A stretch of 64,000 nucleotides of DNA from positions 215,575 to 279,574 of the forward strand of contig DATNEY010000026.1 in assembly GCA_035606665.1 (NCBI GenBank). The letters are read 5' to 3'. The DNA comes from Vicinamibacterales bacterium. GTDB taxonomy: Bacteria; Acidobacteriota; Vicinamibacteria; Vicinamibacterales; SCN-69-37. Shown here piece by piece: positions 43,737 through 52,694 of the stretch (positions within the stretch are counted from its first letter, which is position 1; each line of letters begins with the position of its first letter). Made by a program: the position numbers and the translations under genes. Below the pieces are notes generated by a model. The model was not told the origin of the DNA, made no database searches, and saw only the letters and a program-made list of their open reading frames with translations.

Positions 43737-46393
43737 CCGCAGGTACACGTCTCGGTTCTTTCGAAATCATCTCGGCTCTCGGCGCTGGCGGCATGGGCGA
43801 GGTTTATCGCGCCCGCGACGCGAAGCTGAATCGCGAGGTCGCCATCAAGGTCCTGCCCGAGCGGCTGGCGCAGGATCCGGCGGCGCTGGCGCGATTCGAG
43901 CGCGAGGCGCATGCGGTTGCGGCGCTTTCGCATCCGAACATCCTGGCGATCTTTGATTTCGGCACTTCGACTCCTGGTGACTCTCAGAGTCGCTCAGTGC
44001 AGGGCACGCCGGCGATCACCTACGCGGTCACCGAGCTGCTCGAGGGTACGACGCTCCGCCAGCGTTTGTCCGACGGAGCGCTGCCCGTCCGCAAGGCCAT
44101 AGACTTCGCGGTCCACATCGTCCGCGGTATCGCCGCTGCCCACGAGCGTGGCATCGTCCATCGGGATCTCAAGCCCGAGAACATCTTCATTACCAATGAT
44201 GGCGCGGTGAAGATCCTCGACTTTGGCCTTGCCAAGAGCGCCGGACCTGAAAGCCAGGCCGGCGCCGCGCCAACTGCGATGCAGACGCAGATGGCGGACA
44301 CGACGCCCGGCATGGTCCTCGGGACTGTCGGCTACATGTCTCCCGAACAAGTCCGCGGCCTCGCACTCGATCACCGCACGGACATCTTCTCGTTCGGCGC
44401 GATCTTCTACGAGATGCTGACCGGGCAGCGCGCGTTCCGCGGCGACTCGCACGTGGAGACGATGAATGCGATCCTGAAAGAAGATCCGCCGGAGTTCAGC
44501 GCGGTCACGGCGAACGTGCCGGGCGCGCTGGAGCGCGTGATCCGGCGGTGTCTCGAGAAGCTGCCGTCCGATCGGTTCCACTCGGCCCACGACCTCGCGA
44601 TCTCGCTCGAGGCGTTTTCGGGCGCGTCGACGTCGAGCGGAGTCCACACGGGGTCAATGGCCCACCTACAGGGGTCAGCGGCCCACCAGGCGCTCCACGA
44701 CGTTCCTGCGCGCAGCAAGACAATGCCGCTCGTGATCGCAGGCGTCGTCATCGCGGCCAGCGCCGCGGCCTTCTTCGCCGGCCGCTTCACGTCGCAGCCG
44801 GAGCCGCCCAGCCAGCCGGACATGAGGCGCCTGACGTACCGCCGCGGACCCGTGATGTCGGCCCGCATGTCGAAAGACGGCACCACCTTCGTGTACTCGG
44901 CGGCGTGGGAGGGCACTCCGCGCCAGGTCTACGCAGCACGCAGCGACACGACGGAATCGCTATCGCTCCCGTATCTGGATGCCGATGTCGTGTCGGTTTC
45001 AGCCAAGGGCGACCTCGCCATCATCCAGAAGCGGCGCAACATCACCGGCTACTCACGACCGGGGACGCTGGCACGCGCGACGATGACCGGCGGCGCGTCG
45101 CGGGATGTCCTTGAAGACGTGCAGGATGCGGACTGGCTGCCCGACGGCTCCAACCTCGCCGTTTCCCGCGTCGTAGACGGCAAATACCAGCTCGAGTTTC
45201 CGATCGGCAAGGTCCTCTACAAGACCGACGGCTGGATCAGCCACGTGCGCGTGTCGCCGGACGGTCAGAAGATCGCGTTTCTGGATCAGCCGATCATCGG
45301 AGACGACCGCGGCACGCTGTCGATCGTCGATGGCGCGGGCAAGAAGTTTTCGATGTCCATCAACTGCGAGAGCACGCAGGGAATGGCGTGGCTGCCGTCG
45401 GGGAAGGAAGTCTGGTTCAGCTGCGCTGCGAATGGCCTGTCGCGCGCGGTGATGGCCGGCGCGATGGACGGCACCGTGCGCACGGTGCTTCGCGTGCCAG
45501 GCAGCCTGTATCTCGGAGACGTCGGCGCCGACGGCTCGGTGCTCGTCTCGCACGACAACGAACGCATGGCGGTGGTCGGGCTGCCGCCCGGCGAAACGCG
45601 CGAGCGTGATATTTCGTGGCTCGACTGGACGCAGGCCAGCATGCTCTCCGAAGACGGCCGCACGCTGCTGATCACCGAAGCGGGCGAGGGCGGCGGCAAA
45701 GGGTACAGCACATTCATTCGGAAGACCGACGGATCGCCGGCGGTCCGCCTGGGGAAGGGACTCGGGCTCGCGATGTCGGCCGACGGCAAATGGGTGATCG
45801 CACAGAACATCGACACGTCGCCCGAGCAGCTCGTGCTGATGCCGACGGGCGCCGGCGAAGCACGCGCGCTCACGCAGGACGACATCACGCACGTCAGTGC
45901 GCGATTCCTTCCCGACGGCAAACGCTTCATCTTCAATGGATACAAGCCCGGGAAGCCGCCTCGCACGTGGATTCAGCCGCTCTCTGGTGGCGCGGCCCTA
46001 CCAGTCACACCCGAGGGCGTCGTGACCGGACAACTGGTTCCGGACGGCACCAAGGTGATGGCGCGCGACGCGGACGGCCAGCGCAAACTCTTTCCCATCG
46101 ATCCGCCCGGTGGCGCGCCGGAGCCGATCAAGTTTCTCGAAGCTGCCGAGGGCGTACTCCGCATCATCGACGCGCACACCGTGTTCGTTCGTCGTCAGGG
46201 GCCGAATGGCACCATTCTGGTTAGCCGGCTGGATCTGGCCACAGGCACACGGACGCCGGTCAGAACGATCATCCCGCCACAGGAGGCGCTCACCACGGGC
46301 TGCACAGTGCTGGTTTCGGCCGACGGCAGCTCGTACACGTGCAACTTCACGGCAACAAACTCGGACTTATTTCTCGTCAAAGGACTCAGGTAA
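43727..46393 (+). CDS. Ser/Thr protein kinase with C-terminal TolB-like/WD40-like beta-propeller (PD40 repeats)
   Basis: GAGGMGEVY, AIKVL, HRDLKPENIFI, DFGLAK, SPEQ. C-terminal repeated hydrophobic-DG-x-x-[IV]-x-F beta-propeller blades. Confidence 0.9.
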   Translation: MPLAAGTRLGSFEIISALGAGGMGEVYRARDAKLNREVAIKVLPERLAQDPAALARFEREAHAVAALSHPNILAIFDFGTSTPGDSQSRSVQGTPAITYAVTELLEGTTLRQRLSDGALPVRKAIDFAVHIVRGIAAAHERGIVHRDLKPENIFITNDGAVKILDFGLAKSAGPESQAGAAPTAMQTQMADTTPGMVLGTVGYMSPEQVRGLALDHRTDIFSFGAIFYEMLTGQRAFRGDSHVETMNAILKEDPPEFSAVTANVPGALERVIRRCLEKLPSDRFHSAHDLAISLEAFSGASTSSGVHTGSMAHLQGSAAHQALHDVPARSKTMPLVIAGVVIAASAAAFFAGRFTSQPEPPSQPDMRRLTYRRGPVMSARMSKDGTTFVYSAAWEGTPRQVYAARSDTTESLSLPYLDADVVSVSAKGDLAIIQKRRNITGYSRPGTLARATMTGGASRDVLEDVQDADWLPDGSNLAVSRVVDGKYQLEFPIGKVLYKTDGWISHVRVSPDGQKIAFLDQPIIGDDRGTLSIVDGAGKKFSMSINCESTQGMAWLPSGKEVWFSCAANGLSRAVMAGAMDGTVRTVLRVPGSLYLGDVGADGSVLVSHDNERMAVVGLPPGETRERDISWLDWTQASMLSEDGRTLLITEAGEGGGKGYSTFIRKTDGSPAVRLGKGLGLAMSADGKWVIAQNIDTSPEQLVLMPTGAGEARALTQDDITHVSARFLPDGKRFIFNGYKPGKPPRTWIQPLSGGAALPVTPEGVVTGQLVPDGTKVMARDADGQRKLFPIDPPGGAPEPIKFLEAAEGVLRIIDAHTVFVRRQGPNGTILVSRLDLATGTRTPVRTIIPPQEALTTGCTVLVSADGSSYTCNFTATNSDLFLVKGLR

Positions 46394-46430
46394 CGACGGG
46401 TGACGACAAGTGATGACGGGTAACGACAGG
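46388..46430. repeat. Second tandem array of the GTRAYGACRG decamer (~4 copies), again containing the gene stop codon
   Basis: gtaacgacgg gtgacgacaa gtgatgacgg gtaacgacag. Direct orientation relative to the 42638 array. Confidence 0.85.
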
Positions 46431-46442
46431 CAGGAGGCACTG

Positions 46443-46922
46443 ATGAAGACAGCACTACTCGCGTCGTTCGTTGTGGCGCTTGGTGTGGCGGCGGCGATGC
46501 CGATCGCTGCGGACCAGGCCAGTAGAGGGACGAGCCCGATCGCGAAGGGATTCGATCGCGCTGGCGTCGAAGCGGCGGCGCTGGACTACGTCGAGGGTCT
46601 GTATAACGCCGACCCGTCGCGCATCGAGCGCAGTGTCCATCCGCAGCTCACCAAGCGCGGCTTCTGGCGTGATTCTCCCACCGCGCCCTGGGGCGCGCAG
46701 GAAACGATGACCTACGACCAGCTCGTCGCGCTCGCGAAGACCTGGAACGCCAAGAAGAATCGCGACCTCTCGATCAAGAAGGTGGAAATCCTGGACGTTG
46801 CTGATCAGACCGCCAGCGCGAAGGTGACCGCGATGTGGGGCATCGACTATCTGCAGCTCGCCAAGTACGAGGGCCGCTGGAAGATCATCAACATCCTCTG
46901 GCAGGCGCACCCGGCGAAGTAG
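46443..46922 (+). CDS. Secreted NTF2-like (lumazine-binding/SnoaL-like) protein
   Basis: Signal peptide MKTALLASFVVALGVAAA. AALDYVEGLYNADPSRIERSVHPQL...AKVTAMWGIDYLQLAKYEGRWKIINILWQ. Confidence 0.55.
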   Translation: MKTALLASFVVALGVAAAMPIAADQASRGTSPIAKGFDRAGVEAAALDYVEGLYNADPSRIERSVHPQLTKRGFWRDSPTAPWGAQETMTYDQLVALAKTWNAKKNRDLSIKKVEILDVADQTASAKVTAMWGIDYLQLAKYEGRWKIINILWQAHPAK

Positions 46923-46992
46923 CGCTTGGGCGCGCGCGACTGGCGGCCGTGGGGCCCCCAGGAGCCCCGCGGGATGTCGCGATCGGCATTTG

Positions 46993-47058
46993 CCGGGCCA
47001 ATGGCCTAGTTGCACAGGGGTCATTGGCCCAGATTCCGAAGAAACAGATCCCCGCGTT
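46993..47058. repeat. Second copy of the GGCCAATGGCC...GGGGTCATTGGCCCAGA...CAGATCCCCGCG element
   Basis: Aligned by eye to 43391..43460. Confidence 0.7.
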
Positions 47059-47060
47059 GG

Positions 47061-47231
47061 CTACTCGCGATACCAGACGACAATCACGCCCTTGGAGTGG
47101 TCTTCCGACATCGATATGTTGATGATTCGGTCAGGCCCTTTCGCGGTTGCGAACGCGGCCGCTTCCGCGCAAAGTTTCTCCCACGATTTCATCGAACTCT
47201 TGAACACCTCGAACTTGACCTCGATCTGCAT
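47061..47231 (-). CDS. Small hypothetical protein (56 aa, MQIEVKFEVFKSSMKSWEKLCAEAAAFATAKGPDRIINISMSEDHSKGVIVVWYRE), absent from the ORF track
   Basis: GGAGG 4 nt upstream of the ATG. Balanced, non-low-complexity sequence. Confidence 0.4.
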   Translation of the reverse strand: MQIEVKFEVFKSSMKSWEKLCAEAAAFATAKGPDRIINISMSEDHSKGVIVVWYRE

Positions 47232-47335
47232 TTAGCCTCCAATCCGGCTGACGAATGATACGGGCCGCAGGACCTTCGCGACGATACGGCCTTTTCTTGC
47301 GGTGAGTCGGCATCCTCGTTGCACTTGCTGGGGTC

Positions 47336-47539
47336 GTGAAAGTCCGCGACGTACTCCGAGTGCTGAGGGACGATGGTTGGGAGCAGCTCAGACAATCACG
47401 AAGTCACCGACATTTTGCGCATTCGACGAAACCGGGCATCGTCACTGTCGCAGGCGCCGAGGGTAGTGAAGTTCCCACCGGTACTCTGAGGGGTATCTAC
47501 CGGCAGGCTGGGCTAGACTGGAAGGCGAGACGGCAATGA
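47336..47539 (+). CDS. hicA: HicA-family mRNA interferase toxin
   Basis: MKVRDVLRVLRDDGWEQLRQSRSHRHFAHSTKPGIVTVAGAEGSEVPTGTLRGIYRQAGL fits the HicA/YcfA pattern. Confidence 0.85.
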   Translation: MKVRDVLRVLRDDGWEQLRQSRSHRHFAHSTKPGIVTVAGAEGSEVPTGTLRGIYRQAGLDWKARRQ

Positions 47540-47754
47540 GATACGCGGTTGTGATCGAAAGGGGTGCGACCAGTTTTGGTGCAACTGTCCCCGACCTGCC
47601 TGGATGCTTTGCCGTTGGCGAGTCCAGGGAGGAGGTCGAGCGCCTGATTCAGGAAGCGATCACGGAACACCTGGCGCTTCTTCGCTCTCAGGGGCGCCAG
47701 ATTCCGGAACCTCGGTCATCGACGGCCGAAGTTGAAATCGAACAGGCGAAGTAG
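47536..47754 (+). CDS. hicB: HicB-family antitoxin
   Basis: MRYAVVIERGATSFGATVPDLPGCFAVGESREEVERLIQEAITEHL. ATGA overlap with hicA. Confidence 0.8.
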   Translation: MRYAVVIERGATSFGATVPDLPGCFAVGESREEVERLIQEAITEHLALLRSQGRQIPEPRSSTAEVEIEQAK

Positions 47755-47764
47755 CTCCTTGCCC

Positions 47765-48229
47765 ATGCCCACGCCACCGGGCATTTCTCGACGGCATCGC
47801 TGGTTCATCGGCGTCATGGTCGCGCTGCTCGTCGCGCCGATGCTGCTGCTCTGGTCGCCACTGCCGCTGCCCGTCACGGCTCTTCTCGTAATCCTTGCGC
47901 TTCCGGCGCTGCTGATCTGGATCTCGGCTGGGCAGTCCTGGGTGTGGGCCGCCGGACCACCTCGTCCGCCCGACGCTGTCGGTGAAGCCCGGCGCGTCGG
48001 GCGACGCATCATGGTGCTGAATTTCGTCGTGCTTCTTTCAATCGAGGTCGTCTCCTGGGCCTTCGGCGCGCGTCAGGAAAAGACCGCGACCGAAGCGTTG
48101 ATCAAGGCCGCCTTCACCGGAGCGATCATGGCGTTTGGGTCGGGGAAGATGGCCGAGTACCTCTGGTCGCGGCGCCCGGCGGATGCGCCCGTGCCGTGGC
48201 TGTTCCGTATCTGGCCTCTCAGAGACTGA
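47765..48229 (+). CDS. Hypothetical membrane protein (two or three TM helices)
   Basis: Hydrophobic segments FIGVMVALLVAPMLLLW and LLVILALPALLIWI. Confidence 0.5.
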   Translation: MPTPPGISRRHRWFIGVMVALLVAPMLLLWSPLPLPVTALLVILALPALLIWISAGQSWVWAAGPPRPPDAVGEARRVGRRIMVLNFVVLLSIEVVSWAFGARQEKTATEALIKAAFTGAIMAFGSGKMAEYLWSRRPADAPVPWLFRIWPLRD

Positions 48230-48286
48230 CGGAGAAGACGACTCGCGACTGAGTTCCACTTACACTACGCACTTCGGAGGCCCCTC

Positions 48287-51043
48287 ATGAGATCCCGTCT
48301 GGTAGGCGCGCTCATCCTCGTCGCGCTGTGTGGTCTGACGCTCAACTCGCAAACGCCCGCAAGGCCGGCGCCGCAGGCCGCGCCAATTCCAGACATTTCC
48401 TACACGAAGTTCGTGCTGAAGAACGGCCTCACGCTGCTCGTGCACGAGGATCACAAGGCGCCGATCGCGGCCGTGAACGTGTGGTACCACGTCGGCTCGA
48501 AGAACGAGAAGCCCGGGCGGACGGGATTCGCGCACTTGTTCGAACACCTGATGTTCAACGGCAGCGAGCACTACAACAACGACTACTTCAAAGCCGTCGA
48601 GCCCGTCGGCGCGACCGACCTGAACGGCACGACCAACGAAGACCGCACGAACTACTTCCAGAATGTGCCGGTCTCAGCGCTCGATCGGATCCTGTGGCTC
48701 GAGTCAGACCGCATGGGCCATCTCGTCGGCGTCATCGACAAAGCCCGCCTCGACGAGCAGCGCGGCGTCGTCCAGAACGAGAAGCGGCAGGGTGAGAACG
48801 GCCCGTACGGCAAGTCATTCATCACCGTCGCGGAGAACACGTATCCCAAGGGACATCCGTACTCCTGGTCAGTCATCGGATCGATGGACGACCTCAATGC
48901 TGCGTCCCTCGAGGACGTGAAAGGCTGGTTCGCCGAGTACTACGGCGCCGCCAACGCGACGCTCGTGGTCGCCGGCGACGTGAATCCAGCGGACATCAAA
49001 CAGCGCGTCGAGAAGTTCTTCGGGGACATTCCGTCCGGCCCGCCGCTCATCAAGCCGAAGGCGTGGGTCGCGAAGCGCACGGGTGTACAGCGGCAGACGA
49101 TGCAGGATCGCGTGCCGCAGACGCGAATCATCAAGGTGTGGAACGTGGCGCAGTTCGGGACCGCAGACTCCACGTACCTCGGCCTGGTCGTGGATCTTCT
49201 CGCCGGCGGGGAGTCGTCGCGACTGTACAAGCGATTGGTCTACAGAGACCGCACCGCCACGAGCGTCGTTGGCTTCCAGGACGATCGCGAGATCAGCGGA
49301 CAAGTATGGTTCTGGGCGGACGTGCAGCCGGGCGGCGATGCGAAAGCCGTGGAACGCGCGCTCGACGAAGAGATCGGCACGTTCATCGCAAAAGGCCCGA
49401 CGGCCGAGGAAGTGCAACGCGCTCGCACGCAGGCGCTCTCGGGATACGTTCGCGGCATCGAGCGCATCGGCGGCTTCGGCGGCAAGTCCGATTTGCTCGC
49501 GCGCGGCCAGGTGCTGCTGGGAGATCCCGAGGCGTACCTGAAGGATCAGCGTGAGATTCAGGCGGCCACGGCTGCCGATCTGCAGGGTGCGGCGCAGCGC
49601 TGGCTGTCGGACGGCGTCTATGTCCTCGAGGTCACGCCGTTCGCGGAGTACGAGACGACGAAATCAACCGCGGATCGAACGAAGCTGCCCGACGCGAACC
49701 AGCCCCCGGATGCGCCGTTGCCGGCCTCGCAGACCGCGACGCTTTCCAACGGCGTCAAGGTCGTGCTCGCGAATCGCAAAGCCGTACCGGTCGTCCGGAT
49801 GACGATGATCCTCGACGGCGGATTCTCGGCGGATCGCGCAGATCTGCCGGGCGTCGCGTCGATGACCGCGGCGATGCTGACGCAGGGAACGTCCACGAGG
49901 ACGGCGCTGCAGCTGGCGGACCAGCGCGCGCTGATAGCCGCCGACATCGGCGCCGGGGCCGATCTCGACACGTCCACGGTCTCGTTGTCGGTTCTCACCG
50001 AGCGGCTCGATCCCGCGCTCGATTTGTTCGCGGACGTGCTCCTCAATCCGGCGTTCCCGCAAGCAGATCTGGATCGCCTGAAGAAGAACGCGCTCGCGAA
50101 TATCGAGCAGGAGAAGGTCGATCCCATCGGCGTGGCGTTGCGTGTGCTGCCCGGGTTGCTCTACGGTCCAGGGCACGCGTATGCCCAGCCGCTGACCGGA
50201 TCCGGCACCGAAGCGTCGGTCAACGCCATGACGAGGGCCGACCTGTCGGCGTTCCATCAGGCTTGGTTCAAACCGAATCGCGCGACGCTCATCGTGGCTG
50301 GCGATATCACGATGGAAGCGCTGACGGCGAAGCTCGAACGCGTGTTCAAGACGTGGAAGGGTGGTACGGTTCCGACCAAGAACATTCCAACGGTTCCCGC
50401 GCTCGCGCGCGACCAGATCTACATCGTCGATCGACCGGGAGCCGAGCAGAGCGTCGTGATTTCCGGCCAGCTCATCGCGCCGAAGAAGAACCCCGATGAG
50501 TTCGCGTTCACGATGTTCAACGACGCGTTCGGCGGCGCGTTCGGATCGCGCGTCAACCTGAATCTGCGCGAGGACAAGCACTGGTCGTACGGCGCCGGCA
50601 GCTTCGCGTTCGACGCGCGCGGTCAGCGCATGTGGATCGTCTATGCGCCGGTGCAGACGGACAAGACGCGCGAGTCCGTGATCGAAATGATCAAGGAACT
50701 GAAGGCCGTCATCGACGACAGGCCGATCACCGCGGTCGAAGTCCAGGAGGCCAAGGATCGCCAAACCAGGACGATGGCGGGTCGGTGGGAGACGACGGGC
50801 GCGATTCGATCGGCGTTGCAGGAAATCGCGACGTTCGATCTTCCGGCCGACTACTACGCGACGTTTGCGCAGAACGTCCGCGCTGTGACTCCGGCTCAGG
50901 TGACCTCGGCGGTCTCGAAGTCGGTCACCGGCCGCAAGGTATGGGTCATCGTCGGCGACCGGGCCAAGATCGAGGAGAGCCTCAAAGGCCTGAACCTCGG
51001 CGAGATTCGATTGCTGGATGGCGACGGGAAGATTAAGAAGTAG
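48287..51043 (+). CDS. Secreted M16-family zinc peptidase (pitrilysin-like, two fused M16 halves)
   Basis: Inverted zincin motif HLFEHLMFNGSEHY. Signal peptide. Long two-lobe architecture. Confidence 0.9.
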   Translation: MRSRLVGALILVALCGLTLNSQTPARPAPQAAPIPDISYTKFVLKNGLTLLVHEDHKAPIAAVNVWYHVGSKNEKPGRTGFAHLFEHLMFNGSEHYNNDYFKAVEPVGATDLNGTTNEDRTNYFQNVPVSALDRILWLESDRMGHLVGVIDKARLDEQRGVVQNEKRQGENGPYGKSFITVAENTYPKGHPYSWSVIGSMDDLNAASLEDVKGWFAEYYGAANATLVVAGDVNPADIKQRVEKFFGDIPSGPPLIKPKAWVAKRTGVQRQTMQDRVPQTRIIKVWNVAQFGTADSTYLGLVVDLLAGGESSRLYKRLVYRDRTATSVVGFQDDREISGQVWFWADVQPGGDAKAVERALDEEIGTFIAKGPTAEEVQRARTQALSGYVRGIERIGGFGGKSDLLARGQVLLGDPEAYLKDQREIQAATAADLQGAAQRWLSDGVYVLEVTPFAEYETTKSTADRTKLPDANQPPDAPLPASQTATLSNGVKVVLANRKAVPVVRMTMILDGGFSADRADLPGVASMTAAMLTQGTSTRTALQLADQRALIAADIGAGADLDTSTVSLSVLTERLDPALDLFADVLLNPAFPQADLDRLKKNALANIEQEKVDPIGVALRVLPGLLYGPGHAYAQPLTGSGTEASVNAMTRADLSAFHQAWFKPNRATLIVAGDITMEALTAKLERVFKTWKGGTVPTKNIPTVPALARDQIYIVDRPGAEQSVVISGQLIAPKKNPDEFAFTMFNDAFGGAFGSRVNLNLREDKHWSYGAGSFAFDARGQRMWIVYAPVQTDKTRESVIEMIKELKAVIDDRPITAVEVQEAKDRQTRTMAGRWETTGAIRSALQEIATFDLPADYYATFAQNVRAVTPAQVTSAVSKSVTGRKVWVIVGDRAKIEESLKGLNLGEIRLLDGDGKIKK

Positions 51044-51048
51044 GGGAG

Positions 51049-51249
51049 ATGCCGGTTGACGATCCCGACACGACCCAGTTCCAGATCACCTGTCCCTACT
51101 GCGGTGAGCAAGTCGAGATCTACATCGAACCGGAAGTGGCCGGCACGCTCGTGATGGACTGTGAGGTCTGCTGCCAGCCCTGGCAGGTGCACGTCACGCG
51201 CGACGAAGACTATCGCTATGTCGACGTCGCGCGTGGTGACGGATCGTAG
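51049..51249 (+). CDS. Small cysteine-rich CPXCG-family zinc-ribbon protein
   Basis: CPYCG...CEVCC. Confidence 0.65.
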   Translation: MPVDDPDTTQFQITCPYCGEQVEIYIEPEVAGTLVMDCEVCCQPWQVHVTRDEDYRYVDVARGDGS

Positions 51250-51263
51250 TAAAGCCCTGAGTC

Positions 51264-52013
51264 CTACTTGGTGCCGACGCGGGTCGAGTAGCGCGCAAGC
51301 ATGATCGGGAAGGCGCGCACGGAAGCGATCGCCATCGACTGATTGCCTGCGAGCACCTGCTTGGCCATCATGCCGGCGCCGTACACGTCGCTCATGTCGT
51401 CCTTGTCGGGCTTGATGACGACGCCCTTGAGCTCAAGACCCGCGAACAGACCCTTGCTGCGTGAGTAGGAAAGAATCTGCGCATTGAGCTTGAGGTCGGT
51501 GTCTGCGCCTGCCTGGCGGCCGACCGGGCCGGCGGCCACGGACGCATCGCCGCCCAGCGTGAATTCATTGGACAAGAGACTGTTCATGCCGCCGGTGTTC
51601 ATGAAGAGCATGACGAAGTCCGTGGACTGCGCGCCGATCTGGAACCCGATGCTGCCGCCGCCCAGGTTGAAGTACGCAGGCGCGCTCCAGCCGGAGGTTG
51701 TGCGGCAGCTTGCCACACCACGCCCGCCGCGGCCACCGACGACGAACCCTGCTTTGAGCACGTTGGGAAACACGGCCACGCACTCGGCCTTGTCGAGCAC
51801 CCACTGGGGGATGCCCTTGTCCGGCGCGTCCATGATTTCCTTGAACACGCGCGCCGCTTTGTCGGACTGGCTGACCTCGTCCGTCAAGTCCTTCTTCTGC
51901 GCCGACACGGGGCTCACTGCGACCGAGGCCAGCAGTGCCGCGCCAACAAGTGTCGTTGTGATGATTCCAATCGCCCGGCGGCTCGCGCGCGGGTATTTCG
52001 TATGCGTTGTCAT
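51264..52013 (-). CDS. Secreted SYLF (Ysc84-like, DUF500) lipid-binding domain protein
   Basis: GFVVGGRGGRGVASCRTTSGWSAPAYFNLGGGSIGFQIGA...LGGDASVAAGPVGR is characteristic of SYLF. Confidence 0.75.
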   Translation of the reverse strand: MTTHTKYPRASRRAIGIITTTLVGAALLASVAVSPVSAQKKDLTDEVSQSDKAARVFKEIMDAPDKGIPQWVLDKAECVAVFPNVLKAGFVVGGRGGRGVASCRTTSGWSAPAYFNLGGGSIGFQIGAQSTDFVMLFMNTGGMNSLLSNEFTLGGDASVAAGPVGRQAGADTDLKLNAQILSYSRSKGLFAGLELKGVVIKPDKDDMSDVYGAGMMAKQVLAGNQSMAIASVRAFPIMLARYSTRVGTK

Positions 52014-52154
52014 TCTTATGTACTCCAACTGAGCAGCCTACGTGGCTGGCCCCAGATTGGGTGTACCGAACAGCACAGGCGCGTGAGTGCGGCACGCGCC
52101 GTTATGTGCCTTTGGGTACAGCACGCGTTTGCGACGTCCGCCTAAGGTGGATGG

Positions 52155-52673
52155 ATGGCTGAACCACTGGCGGCGGAAGAAGCGCGGCGATCGGTCCAGC
52201 ACGAATCAGTAAAGTCCGAAGTGGAGGGCAAGGTGCAGGCCGAGATCGCCGATGAGGCGCGGCAGGCGCCGGCGGCGGACGAGTCACGGAAGATAAAACT
52301 GGTCGCCGGTCAGTTTCGCGAGAAGGCCGTCGACGAAGTCATCAGCACCGAACGAGAAGTCGATCGCTCCAGGGGTGCCGCGAGGATTTCGCAGTTCGTG
52401 GACTACTTCTTCTATCTCGTGTACGCCCTCATGGGGATGCGCTTCCTGCTGGCCCTGATTGCCGCACGCAGCTCCGCCGGATTCGTCAAGTTCGTCGTTG
52501 CGGTGACGACTCCGTTCTACGCGCCATTCAGGGACATTGTGGGAAGTCCACGCTCGGACGGCGGGCACACGTTGCTCATGCCGATCGTCGTCGCGCTCGT
52601 CGCCTACGTCATCCTCCACATCGCCATCAACGGGATCCTCAGGATCGCCGCCCAACGGAAGACCCAGATCTGA
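52155..52673 (+). CDS. YggT-like integral membrane protein
   Basis: ISQFVDYFFYLVYALMGMRFLLALI and C-terminal TM are typical of the YggT family. Confidence 0.5.
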   Translation: MAEPLAAEEARRSVQHESVKSEVEGKVQAEIADEARQAPAADESRKIKLVAGQFREKAVDEVISTEREVDRSRGAARISQFVDYFFYLVYALMGMRFLLALIAARSSAGFVKFVVAVTTPFYAPFRDIVGSPRSDGGHTLLMPIVVALVAYVILHIAINGILRIAAQRKTQI

Positions 52674-52694
52674 GGAGGCCGGGCGCGCGCTCGG

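Noticed and set aside
49664-50764. 366-aa minus-strand ORF inside the M16 peptidase
   Set aside because: Antisense artefact. The plus-strand M16 gene has the HxxEH motif and a full-length two-lobe architecture.
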